From Bifidobacterium longum subsp. longum JCM 1217 (GTDB taxonomy: Bacteria > Actinomycetota > Actinomycetes > Actinomycetales > Bifidobacteriaceae), in assembly GCF_000196555.1 (NCBI RefSeq), contig NC_015067.1:1590001-1622000 (forward strand): a stretch of 32,000 bases of DNA, read 5' to 3'. Both the position numbers and the translations under genes were made by a program. Under the pieces are notes generated by a model, which was not told the DNA's origin, made no database searches, and was given only the letters and a program-made list of their open reading frames with translations. Numbering within the stretch: position 1 is the stretch's first letter; each line of letters begins with the position of its first letter. Shown here in pieces: positions 24,910-32,000 of this stretch.

Positions 24910-25068
24910 GATGTTTTCCCTTCACCCACGTCGGAACCGCCCTCGGCCTCGACTCGTGATTTCCATCGTATCAGCGTTCAAAACAAAGCGGTAGACATCG
25001 TACGCATATGTGTACAACTGTTCACTATGTGTGCATGCTGGCTTCTTATAAAAAAGTGCGGCATCCAA

Positions 25069-25338
25069 TCAGTATGCTGCGGCCATGCCTGAGCCGACAG
25101 CCACGGCGCCGATACCGTCCTCCAGCGCGGCAAGCCGCTTTTCCAGTGCATCGACAGTGGGATTGGCCACACGGGAGTACTCGAAGCCGTCGATGTCACC
25201 GCCCGCGAGCGCATCGCCGCGCGCCGCGTCACCCAGGTCGAATGCGGCCGAGGCATAGATTGGCGGCACAGCGGCACGGCCGTTATCCAGCGGCTCGTAG
25301 CCGGCGTGGATGGCTTGCGTTCGGAAATCAACGTCCAT
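25069..25338 (-). pseudogene. 5' remnant (89 codons) of an O-acetylhomoserine/O-succinylhomoserine sulfhydrylase-type Cys/Met PLP enzyme
   Basis: MDVDFRTQAIHAGYEP...VPPIYASAAFDL...FEYSRVANPTVDALEKRLAALEDGIGAVAVGSGMAA is the N-terminal ~20% of this family. The PLP-Lys region is absent. RBS GAGGAAGAAGGA and the ATG are retained. The reading frame stops at 25069 and AT-rich non-coding DNA follows. Confidence 0.6.
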
Positions 25339-25401
25339 TAATCCTTCTTCCTCATGCCGCTCTATTGTGGCGGGCTCGACTCTATTCCCGAACTTAGCAA
25401 G

Positions 25402-25761
25402 TCATGGTACGCGACACCGGCACATCGGTATCGCAATTGTCAATGCGCGCTTATAAGCAATGGCTATAGAATATCCGCCGAATGCCGGAACACACCAAGC
25501 TGCCCAGCCCTCTTTCAGCACCTCGGCCGCAATATTACGCTGCCTCAAATAATTCAAAGCCGCGTCAATCCGTACCGGTTCACCATCGAAAATGGCCACG
25601 ATGCCCCCTATCGGGGTATCCGCGACGATGTCGATATCTCCAAAGATTATGTTGACATCGATGCCGAACCCTTTAGTAATTTGCGACACCAACGCTTCAG
25701 AAACTTCCTTGGACACATATTGCATCCGGACCAATCGTTGACCTTCAGACAATCTCATCAA
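25402..25761 (-). pseudogene. remnant of a methionine-importer ATPase (MetN) C-terminal NIL domain; the ABC domain is missing
   Basis: RLVRMQYVSKEVSEALVSQITKGFGIDVNIIFGDIDIVADTPIGGIVAIFDGEPVRIDAALNYLRQRNIAAEVL (about 25507-25740) fits the NIL-domain pattern. There is no Walker A/B anywhere upstream, no SD before the TTG/ATG, and a 35-aa unrelated tail. Confidence 0.5.
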
Positions 25762-25885
25762 AAGGGAGTCATGGTTCTCTTTTCATATCTGGCGATAACG
25801 CATATCAAATCAGCAATCAGCGCAAAGACGCTCGGTCACTCCATCCGGATAACAACTTTGCCGTTTCGCCTAAGGTGTCGATGAC

Positions 25886-26334
25886 ATGGTCAACCGGTGC
25901 GTCAGAAAGAGCTTCAGCATAGTTCTCGATGCGATAGTCGAAATAACGATCGGCGCCCAGCGCGCTGCTCTCCGAAAGCACCGGGACGAACGCCGTCAGC
26001 ATTCGTAACGCCTTGGGAGCGCTCAAACGCGCGGGGCTCATCACAGTGGCACGCGGAACCGGCGGTGCCGAACTTGCCCGCACCCCCCAAGGAAATCACT
26101 CTGCTCGATATCTATCAGGCAGTGGAATCCACGAACCTCGATGATGTGATCGGCATCCACGAGAGAGGAAATCACACATGCCCCGTGGCTCGGAATATCC
26201 ACGACGTTCTCAAAGATGCGTATGCTCCAGTGGCCAAAGCCATGTCGGATTCCATGAGGGAAGTTACGCTTGCCAATATGCTTGCCGACTACCGAAATCG
26301 CATTGGGGTCAAAGCCCGGCAACTGGAACAGTAG
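25886..26334 (+). pseudogene. Rrf2-family (YwnA-like) transcriptional regulator, disrupted by frameshift(s)
   Basis: The HTH part SALLSESTGTNAVSIRNALGALKRAGLITVARGTGGAELAR reads in the frame of 25947. The C-terminal part PPKEITLLDIYQAVEST...GIHERGNHTCPVARNIHDVL...REVTLANML reads in the frame of ORF 25897-26334. The switch falls at the C6 run 26083-26088. The HTH frame is closed upstream by TAA at 25944-25946, and a possible N-terminus (MVNRCVRKSFSIVLDAIVEI from 25886) lies in the third frame. Confidence 0.55.
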
Positions 26335-26380
26335 TGGGCACCGAAGCGTAAGCCCCCTACTCTCTGATCCGCATAAACAG

Positions 26381-26425
26381 ATAAGACGTGCGCCATCAAG
26401 ACCGATCGATGACGCACGCCTTATG
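26381..26425 (-). terminator. terminator hairpin of the glutaredoxin-like gene
   Basis: The 17-bp arms 26381-26397 and 26409-26425 pair fully on the minus-strand RNA using two G-U pairs. The same positions are A-C mismatches on the plus-strand RNA. T-rich sequence follows on the minus strand. Confidence 0.6.
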
Positions 26426-26444
26426 CAGCTCAGACCACGGATTC

Positions 26445-26696
26445 CTAGTCAGCCAGCAGCCCCAGCTCCTGCAGCTTGTTCCTGATATCCACTGCAGAGG
26501 GTTCCACTTGGAACGAGCCGTCATCGTACCGCACCACCGGAATGTGCATCTGGCCGCTGATCGCCACGGCACGGTCGGCGGCACCTTCCTCTTCCTCGAT
26601 GTTGTGCCAAGTGTATGCCGCGCCCAGTTTGTCGAGAGTGTTCTTTGCCTGGCGGCAGTCGCCGCACCATGTGGCACCGTAGACGTCGATGGTCAT
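26445..26696 (-). CDS. glutaredoxin-like / mycoredoxin-type small thiol-disulfide oxidoreductase
   Basis: 83 aa, MTIDVYGATWCGDCRQAK...IPVVRYDDGS...EPS: thioredoxin fold with a CxxC (CGDC) site and cis-Pro region. GAAAGGA RBS before the ATG at 26696. The longer ORF to 26819 has no support. Confidence 0.8.
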   Translation of the reverse strand: MTIDVYGATWCGDCRQAKNTLDKLGAAYTWHNIEEEEGAADRAVAISGQMHIPVVRYDDGSFQVEPSAVDIRNKLQELGLLAD

Positions 26697-26870
26697 ATCA
26701 GGTCCTTTCTTTGTTCCGCCGCGCTTGACTTTTACGCGGTGCACTATCAAACCGTATTCATCGTAACGGGGATGCTGTGATATCGCGGTTGGCATAATGC
26801 GGGCGGTCCGCTTAACCACCCCAGTCGGCTACGCCGACAGCCCTCTGCCAGCGGAGGCGGAACCAGAGCA

Positions 26871-26909
26871 TAAAAAAAGCGGCGCCGGTGTGGCACAACC
26901 GACGCCGCT
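26871..26909 (-). terminator. rho-independent terminator of the cystathionine-enzyme gene
   Basis: agcggcgccgg (26878-26888) pairs with ccgacgccgct (26899-26909). The single non-Watson-Crick position is G-U on the minus-strand RNA. T7 follows on the minus strand (A7 at 26872-26878 on plus). Confidence 0.85.
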
Positions 26910-26945
26910 CCCCAGGAGTAGAAAAATAGGCAGAAAAGTATTAGA

Positions 26946-28178
26946 TCAGGCAAACACCCCCGAAGTCAGCTGTTGGAACACGTCGAAGTCGGCATGCCGA
27001 TCGATGTAACGGGCGTAAGCGATATCGAACGCCTGGCCGAGATCTTCGATCAGATCGTTGGCGTCCTCGATGCCAACGGCGAGACGCACCAATTCATCGG
27101 TGATGCCGATCTTCAGACGCTCCTCGCGAGGCAGTTCGAAATGCGTCATACGACACGGCAGCTCGGCAAGAGACTCCACCGCACCCAACGACACAGCAAG
27201 ACGGAACAGGTGCAGGTTGTTGAGCACGTCAGCCGGATCAACGCCAGGCACGACCTCGAAGCTCAACACGCCACCGACCCCCTTGAGACCTTTGGCAGCC
27301 AGACGCTGGTCGCCTGCGCCGGGCAGACCCGGGTAATGCACCGCCTTAACCAGCGGATGCACCAGCAGGTAGCGGGCGATGGCATTGGCATTCTCCTGCT
27401 GACGATCCATGCGAAGGGCCAGCGTCTGAATGCCGCGGCGCACCGCGTCGCACTCAGCAGGAGCCAACACACCACCCAAACGGTTCTGCGCGAAGTACAC
27501 GCGGCTCGCCAGATCCTCACCGGAAACGACCACCAGACCGGCGTTCACATCAGAATGACCGGCCAGATACTTGGTGGCGGAGTGAATCACCACATCGGCA
27601 CCCAAAGCAAGCGGCTTCTGCAGATACGGGGTCACGAACGTGTTATCCACAATCGAAAGCGCCCCGAAACGGTGGGCCACCGTGGAGATGGCGCGCACGT
27701 CGTTCACCTTGAGTAGAGGATTGGTCAGGGTTTCAAAGTAGACGGCTTGGGCAGGCACGATGCCGTTCGCGCGGTCGCCCTTGACGGCGGCCTCCAATGC
27801 TGCGATGTCCTGAGTGTCGACGGCCTCAACGATGATTCCCCAGCAAGTGAAGAACTCATTGAGCTGGGAATACGATCCGCCATAAATATTGTCACCGACC
27901 ACGATGCGGTCGCCGGGCTTGAAAATGCTCAGCACCGCGTGGATCGCCGCGAGACCGGAGGCGAACGCAAAACCACGCGTTCCTTGCTCGAGCTGGGCGA
28001 TCTGCTGTTCCAGGAAGTCACGTGTGGGATTGCCGCTGCGCGCATAGTCGTAACGGGGCATCGCGTCGACCCTCTCGAAAGCATATGTCGTTGAATTGTA
28101 GATCGGCGGGTTCACGGCTCCGGTGTTGTTGTCTCCAACCGGCAGTCCGTGGACGAGCTGAGTATTGAACCTGGTCAT
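26946..28178 (-). CDS. Cys/Met-metabolism PLP-dependent enzyme (cystathionine beta-lyase / gamma-synthase type)
   Basis: 410 aa. MTRFNTQLVHG...NPPIYNSTTYAF...YARSGNPTR, PLP-lysine motif HSATKYLAGHSD, and C-terminal LAVSLGAVESL...P..MTH. Confidence 0.9.
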   Translation of the reverse strand: MTRFNTQLVHGLPVGDNNTGAVNPPIYNSTTYAFERVDAMPRYDYARSGNPTRDFLEQQIAQLEQGTRGFAFASGLAAIHAVLSIFKPGDRIVVGDNIYGGSYSQLNEFFTCWGIIVEAVDTQDIAALEAAVKGDRANGIVPAQAVYFETLTNPLLKVNDVRAISTVAHRFGALSIVDNTFVTPYLQKPLALGADVVIHSATKYLAGHSDVNAGLVVVSGEDLASRVYFAQNRLGGVLAPAECDAVRRGIQTLALRMDRQQENANAIARYLLVHPLVKAVHYPGLPGAGDQRLAAKGLKGVGGVLSFEVVPGVDPADVLNNLHLFRLAVSLGAVESLAELPCRMTHFELPREERLKIGITDELVRLAVGIEDANDLIEDLGQAFDIAYARYIDRHADFDVFQQLTSGVFA

Positions 28179-28251
28179 TGCGCACCCCCTTAAAGTGTTG
28201 CGTCATCTGCGCGAAGCCGTTCCCCGCGCGGCACGATTACGACCTTAACGC

Positions 28252-28277
28252 AAAACGCCGGCCCGAAGGCCGGCGTT
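28252..28277 (-). terminator. rho-independent terminator (or attenuator) between the SBP gene and the cystathionine-enzyme gene
   Basis: Minus-strand RNA reads aacgccggcc ttcg ggccggcgtt tt g cgtt: a 10-bp GC stem, a tetraloop and a short U run, about 75 nt upstream of the ATG at 28178. Confidence 0.7.
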
Positions 28278-28413
28278 GCTATATGTGTTGGTTATGGACG
28301 GGTATAATCAGACCTCTCCGTCCTGCAAGAATGGACGGCCTGACGACCGGCCCAACACACCTCGCCGCTGCCGCGGCTCGGCGTCGCCTACGGACAGTCC
28401 ACCGGACTGTCCG

Positions 28414-29316
28414 TCAGACGGCTCCGCCTTCTACCACGATGTCATCGGGGTTGACTTCGTTGCCGTAGACCGGCTCCAGAGTCTCCTGGTAATCCTTGTG
28501 GAAGAAGTTGTCTTTGCCGAGCTTGACGATCTCGTCGTTCACGAAGTTCAGCAGTTCGGTGTTGCCCTTCTGCACTGCGGGCGCGATGGTGTCGTCGTCA
28601 CCAAGGTGGGTGATGCCGACCTTGAAGCCCTTGTTGGACTTGGCCCAGGCGAGCACCTCGGTGTTGTCGGTGGAGAAGGCGTCACCACGGCCGTCCAGCA
28701 GCGCGTTGTAGGCATCGGCGTACTGGTCGTACTTCTGCAGCTTGACGTTCGGCGCGTTCTTCTCGAACCAGGTTTCGGCGGTGGTGCCCTTAGCGATGAT
28801 CAGGGTCTTGCCGTCGAGCTGGCTGACATCGGTGATCTGGGCGCTCTCCGGGGAGACCACACCAAGCGCCACCTTCATGTACGGCTTGGCGAAGTCGACT
28901 TTCTCCTTGCGCTCATCGGTGACGGTGAAGTTAGCGAGCACCAGATCGACCTTGTTGGAGGTGAGCACGTCCACACGGGCAGCCGGGTCAACCGACGTGT
29001 ATTCCGGATCCACACCCAGATCCTTGGCCAGCTGTTCGGCGAAGTAGACGTCATAGCCCTGGTACTTGCCGTCCTTGTCCACGTAGCCGAATGGCGCCTT
29101 GTCGGAGAAGACGGCAATCTTGATCTTGCCGCTCTTCTTGATCTCGTCGAGGCTGCGGGCCTTGGCATTGGCGCTGGAGCTGGTGCCAGTGTCAGAGGAC
29201 TTCGCTTCGCTCGGGGTGCCTGCCGACGGACCGCATGCGGCCATGGACGCCGCCATTACCAATGCCGCGCCTGCGGCAATCAGTGCTTTGAATGATTTCC
29301 CAACCTTGATACTCAT
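28414..29316 (-). CDS. polar amino-acid ABC transporter substrate-binding lipoprotein (SBP family 3)
   Basis: Lipobox LVMAASMAACG. KIKIAVFSDKAPFGYVDKDGKYQGYDVYFAEQLAKDLG and LVLANFTVTDERKEKVDFAKPY are typical of family-3 SBPs. GAAGGAGAA RBS. Confidence 0.9.
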   Translation of the reverse strand: MSIKVGKSFKALIAAGAALVMAASMAACGPSAGTPSEAKSSDTGTSSSANAKARSLDEIKKSGKIKIAVFSDKAPFGYVDKDGKYQGYDVYFAEQLAKDLGVDPEYTSVDPAARVDVLTSNKVDLVLANFTVTDERKEKVDFAKPYMKVALGVVSPESAQITDVSQLDGKTLIIAKGTTAETWFEKNAPNVKLQKYDQYADAYNALLDGRGDAFSTDNTEVLAWAKSNKGFKVGITHLGDDDTIAPAVQKGNTELLNFVNDEIVKLGKDNFFHKDYQETLEPVYGNEVNPDDIVVEGGAV

Positions 29317-29381
29317 TGGGTTCTCCTTCTCTTGTTGTTATTGATATTTCTTCTCAAATACGTCGATATGACACAATCGAA

Positions 29382-30173
29382 TCACTCGAATTCGAAGGTG
29401 TGCAGGAACTGCTGCGCACGTTCGGTTTGCGGGTGTTCGAAGAACGCCTGCGCATCATACGATTCCTCGACGATGTGCCCGCCGTCCAGCAAGATGATGT
29501 GGTCGGCGATGGCTCGCGCGAACTGCATTTCGTGGGTGACGATAAGCATCGTCTGCCCGGACTTGGCCAGTTCGAGCACCACGTCGAGCACTTCACGCAC
29601 CATTTCGGGGTCGAGAGCCGCCGTAATCTCATCGAGCAGCAGTACTTCCGGGTGCAGAATCAGCGCACGGCAAATGGCCACACGCTGGCGCTGACCGCCG
29701 GACAATTCGTGCGGCCAAGAGTCCTTGCGATCGGCAAGTCCCACGCGGCCAAGCAACCGGATCGCTTCAGCCTCCACCTCGGACTTATCGCGTTTCTGCA
29801 CGAGCACCGGCGCCATGGTGATGTTGCCGAGCACCGTTTTATTCGGGAACAAATCGTAGCTTTGGAACACCATGCCGATACGCGTGCGCAGTTCACTGGA
29901 CCGGTCGGATCGTCCGGCTCGTTCCGTGCCAGGCTTGCCGGCATCGATCACCTGATTGTTGATGGAAATCGTGCCGCCCTGAATCGGTTCCAGACCGGCG
30001 ATGGTGCGCAGCAGCGTCGACTTGCCCGAGCCGGAAGGACCCAGCACCACGAGCACCGAACCATGCTCCACCTTGAAGGAGATGTCATCCAGCACCGGCT
30101 TGTCGGCATTCGCATACTGTTTGACCAGATGATTCACCTCGAAACCCTTGCAGGTCGTTTCGGGTTCAGTCAT
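29382..30173 (-). CDS. polar amino-acid ABC transporter ATP-binding protein (GlnQ/TcyC-like)
   Basis: Walker A GPSGSGKST, signature LSGGQRQRVAICRAL, Walker B LLLDE and the H-loop VTHEM. The ATG at 30173 is preferred (8-nt overlap with the upstream permease stop); the ORF is open to 30206. Confidence 0.9.
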   Translation of the reverse strand: MTEPETTCKGFEVNHLVKQYANADKPVLDDISFKVEHGSVLVVLGPSGSGKSTLLRTIAGLEPIQGGTISINNQVIDAGKPGTERAGRSDRSSELRTRIGMVFQSYDLFPNKTVLGNITMAPVLVQKRDKSEVEAEAIRLLGRVGLADRKDSWPHELSGGQRQRVAICRALILHPEVLLLDEITAALDPEMVREVLDVVLELAKSGQTMLIVTHEMQFARAIADHIILLDGGHIVEESYDAQAFFEHPQTERAQQFLHTFEFE

Positions 30174-30840
30174 TCGACCACCTCTTTTCCAGTCGGCGGG
30201 CCACAATGGACAGCGGCCAGCACACGATGAAGTACATAAAGAAAATCACGCCATAAATCCACAAGGTTCCGGTCGGGAACTGGAATCGGTTCGCGTCGAT
30301 AATCTGCTGGCCGACCTTGATGACCTCGACCACACCGAGCAGCACGGCCAATGATGTCGTTTTGACGATACGTGTCGCCAAGTTTACGGATGCCGGCAGC
30401 ATACGGCGAACAGCCTGCGGCAGAATCACCCGGGAGAAGGTCTGCCACGGGCTCAACCCCAGTACGTAGCTCGATTCGTACTGCACTTTGGGAATCGACT
30501 GCAATGCGCCACGCACCAGATCGCCCAGCTCGGCGCCTCCCCACAGGATGAACACCAGCACGCAGGCACCGGTGGCATCGAGATTCCAATCGAACCATCG
30601 AGCAAAACCGTAGTAGGCAAGGAACAGCAACGCCAGCTGAGGCATAATGCGGATGAAGTCGAGGTAGATGCGCATCGCGGCCCGGATCACGGGATTCTTC
30701 AGTGTCATCAACCAGCCCATCAACAGGCCGACCGGGATGGACGCGCCTACGGATACGCCGGCTATCCACACGGTGACCCACAGGCCTTGCAACAGACGTG
30801 GGAATACGCCTGGCTGGAGCAGTATTTCAGCGCCGCTCAT
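30166..30840 (-). CDS. polar amino-acid ABC transporter permease (His/Glu/Gln/Arg/opine family)
   Basis: 224 aa, 5 hydrophobic spans, conserved loop ESSYVLGLSPWQTFSRVILPQAVRRMLP. Confidence 0.9.
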   Translation of the reverse strand: MSGAEILLQPGVFPRLLQGLWVTVWIAGVSVGASIPVGLLMGWLMTLKNPVIRAAMRIYLDFIRIMPQLALLFLAYYGFARWFDWNLDATGACVLVFILWGGAELGDLVRGALQSIPKVQYESSYVLGLSPWQTFSRVILPQAVRRMLPASVNLATRIVKTTSLAVLLGVVEVIKVGQQIIDANRFQFPTGTLWIYGVIFFMYFIVCWPLSIVARRLEKRWSND

Positions 30841-31486
30841 AATCGAACCTCCGCTCCAACCATGTGCCGAAGATGGAAATCGGCAGCAGAATCACCAGAT
30901 AGGCCACGACCAGCATGAACAACGACTCATAGGTGCTGTAATACATGCCGATCAGATCCTTGGCCATGTACATCACGTCGGCGAGCGCAATGGCGGAGAC
31001 GACGCTCGATTCCTTAAACAGGAAGATCACATTGGCCACTACGCCGGGAATGGCGGTGGACACTGCTTGCGGCAGAATGACTCGGGTGATGGTTTGCGTG
31101 GAAGTCAGTCCCAGCACGTACGCGGTTTCGCGCTGCACGTTGGGCACCGCTTCCAATCCGCCGCGCATTGCCTCGGCCATGTAGGAACCGCCCAAGAATC
31201 CAAGGCCGACTATCGCGCAGGTTTCGGCGGACCATACTACGCCGAGTTTGGGCAGGCCGAAGTACAGAAAGTACAGCTGTACCAGCAATGGCGTATTGCG
31301 GCTAAGTTCGATGTAGATTCTCACGATTTGCCGGGCGACCGGGATACGCGCGATTTCCACGCCAGCGCAGACCAGACCCACCGCGATGGCAAGCAATATG
31401 CCAAACACGGATATGAATAAGGTCATCAATGTGCCGTTGACGAAGAAAGGCGCGTAACGCTGCACGAACGACCAATCGAATGTCAT
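30827..31486 (-). CDS. polar amino-acid ABC transporter permease (second subunit)
   Basis: Conserved loop RETAYVLGLTSTQTITRVILPQAVSTAIP. The ATG at 31486 is preceded by AAGGAGG; the ORF extension to 31621 has no support. 14-nt overlap with the next permease. Confidence 0.9.
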   Translation of the reverse strand: MTFDWSFVQRYAPFFVNGTLMTLFISVFGILLAIAVGLVCAGVEIARIPVARQIVRIYIELSRNTPLLVQLYFLYFGLPKLGVVWSAETCAIVGLGFLGGSYMAEAMRGGLEAVPNVQRETAYVLGLTSTQTITRVILPQAVSTAIPGVVANVIFLFKESSVVSAIALADVMYMAKDLIGMYYSTYESLFMLVVAYLVILLPISIFGTWLERRFDYERR

Positions 31487-31714
31487 TGGACGCGCTCCCT
31501 CCTTTGCTTCTCGTTTCTTCTCCTGCGCATAAACGGTCTTAGCCACCCATGTACGATTTCGGGGGCCGAACATACCTGTCCCCCCTGCCGTGTCATCGTA
31601 GAGTATCAGAACACGTGGCACGGCCGCTGCGCTATACGCATTACTTATGGGACGTTACTCGATGGGCGAACATCAGGGCATTATTGTCGCCCAAACGGTG
31701 GATACACTGAGGCT

Positions 31715-32000
31715 ATGAAGATCACCAAAGCTCTGACCCGTTTGACCGGTCCCGAAACCGCTCCGGTGTTCGTGCTGTTGCACGGCTGGGGTTCCAATGA
31801 ATACGATTTGCCCGATCTGCTGAACTATTGCGGTGCCGGTTCGGCTGATTATGCCAGTTTGCAGGCACCCATCGCCTATGGCATGGGATATACATGGTTC
31901 GGTGCGTGGGCGCATGAAGGTGTGCCGGAGGGCGAATCATTAGACAAGCAGGCGACTGAAGCCGCCCAAGCCATTGATGCATGGGTTGCGGAGCATATTC
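31715..32000 (+). CDS. phospholipase/carboxylesterase-family alpha/beta hydrolase, N-terminal part (3' end outside the window)
   Basis: My own translation from the ATG at 31715 gives MKITKALTRLTGPETAPVFVLLHGWGSNEYDLPDLL...YASLQAPIAYGMGYTWFG, open to the window end. LLHGWGSNE is the typical oxyanion-region motif of this family. The ORF is not in the supplied track because no stop is reached. Confidence 0.65.
   Translation, partial: MKITKALTRLTGPETAPVFVLLHGWGSNEYDLPDLLNYCGAGSADYASLQAPIAYGMGYTWFGAWAHEGVPEGESLDKQATEAAQAIDAWVAEHI

Noticed and set aside
25051-25080. Possible rho-independent terminator right after the truncated sulfhydrylase remnant: stem 25058-25064/25074-25080 followed by T5 on the minus strand.
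   Set aside because: On the minus-strand RNA the 7-bp stem has a central C-A mismatch and a 9-nt loop containing the stop codon. This is too weak to call.
25354-25884. 176-aa plus-strand ORF in the AT-richer patch.
   Set aside because: It is antisense to the NIL-domain remnant. The translation has no motif, contains many Cys/Arg/His from out-of-frame reading, and has no RBS.
25817-26083. Minus-strand ORF whose tail LGADRYFDYRIENYAEALSDAPVDHVIDTLGE resembles the C-terminal half of zinc-type/quinone oxidoreductases (LGAD..IDY......VD.V.DT.GG).
   Set aside because: The right half of this ORF is antisense to the clearly readable Rrf2 HTH. The left part overlaps the possible Rrf2 N-terminus and 5' region. 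The resemblance is about 30 aa with no Rossmann GxGxxG upstream. It may be a fourth remnant in the decayed patch or coincidence, and I cannot decide without a similarity search.
28276-31420. Plus-strand ORFs 28276-29295, 29316-30230 and 30668-31420.
   Set aside because: All are antisense to the well-supported ABC importer genes (Walker motifs, EAA-type loops, lipobox).
31487-31714. Possible riboswitch or T-box in the 228-nt divergent region upstream of the amino-acid ABC operon.
   Set aside because: I found no T-box (GGUGGUACCGCG-like) or SAM-riboswitch cores on the minus-strand leader. Only a 6-bp hairpin is present (31664-31692).
1-32000. Search for CRISPR arrays, IS/transposase genes, integrases, rRNA and other RNA genes.
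   Set aside because: I saw no regularly spaced direct repeats, transposase or integrase-like ORFs, or rRNA/tmRNA/RNase P/SRP-like sequences by eye. The only tandem repeat is the in-frame 15-bp x3 in the hydrolase gene, and the only RNA gene is tRNA-Val.

Overview
By eye this is a high-G+C actinobacterial chromosome segment. Gene content and order look like Bifidobacterium core genome, but that is an inference because no database search was possible. I support about 30 protein-coding genes, one tRNA-Val, three gene remnants and several hairpin terminators.

Gene order, left to right:
- GH32 tail (+)
- NitT/TauT-type ABC permease, THI5/NMT1-like lipoprotein SBP and nucleoside hydrolase (+)
- a 7.5-kb minus-strand string: DivIVA-repeat protein, dxr, ispG, membrane alpha/beta-hydrolase-like protein, recO, uppS
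- tRNA-Val
- DUF3052 protein
- PDZ/Lon-S16 protease, divergent from a DUF2342 zincin
- UvrD-family helicase, divergent from an APH-fold protein
- DUF3107 protein, PHP phosphoesterase, VKOR
- dapF, divergent from murI
- patatin-like lipase, SPFH protein
- a 1.4-kb decayed patch
- glutaredoxin-like protein, cystathionine lyase/synthase-type PLP enzyme and a polar amino-acid ABC importer
- start of a carboxylesterase

I found no IS element, prophage, CRISPR array, toxin-antitoxin pair or recognisable defence island, so the window looks mostly housekeeping.

The observations most worth a second look:
1. An AT-richer patch at 24950-26440 holds only remnants of sulfur-amino-acid genes (metY-like, metN NIL domain, a frameshifted Rrf2 regulator). 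It sits next to an intact Cys/Met module.
2. A long leader/spacer with mutually exclusive or pseudoknotted helices and a duplicated SD-like word lies ahead of the THI5/NMT1-like SBP gene.
3. Two conserved enzyme folds have their catalytic signatures substituted: the zincin has QExxH instead of HExxH, and the APH fold lacks both catalytic Asp residues.
4. The nucleoside hydrolase carries a ~78-aa insertion, a 15-bp x3 in-frame tandem repeat and atypical codon usage.
5. An uncharacterised membrane-anchored hydrolase is embedded in the MEP/undecaprenyl gene string.

None of these amounts to a demonstrable new multi-gene system from sequence alone.
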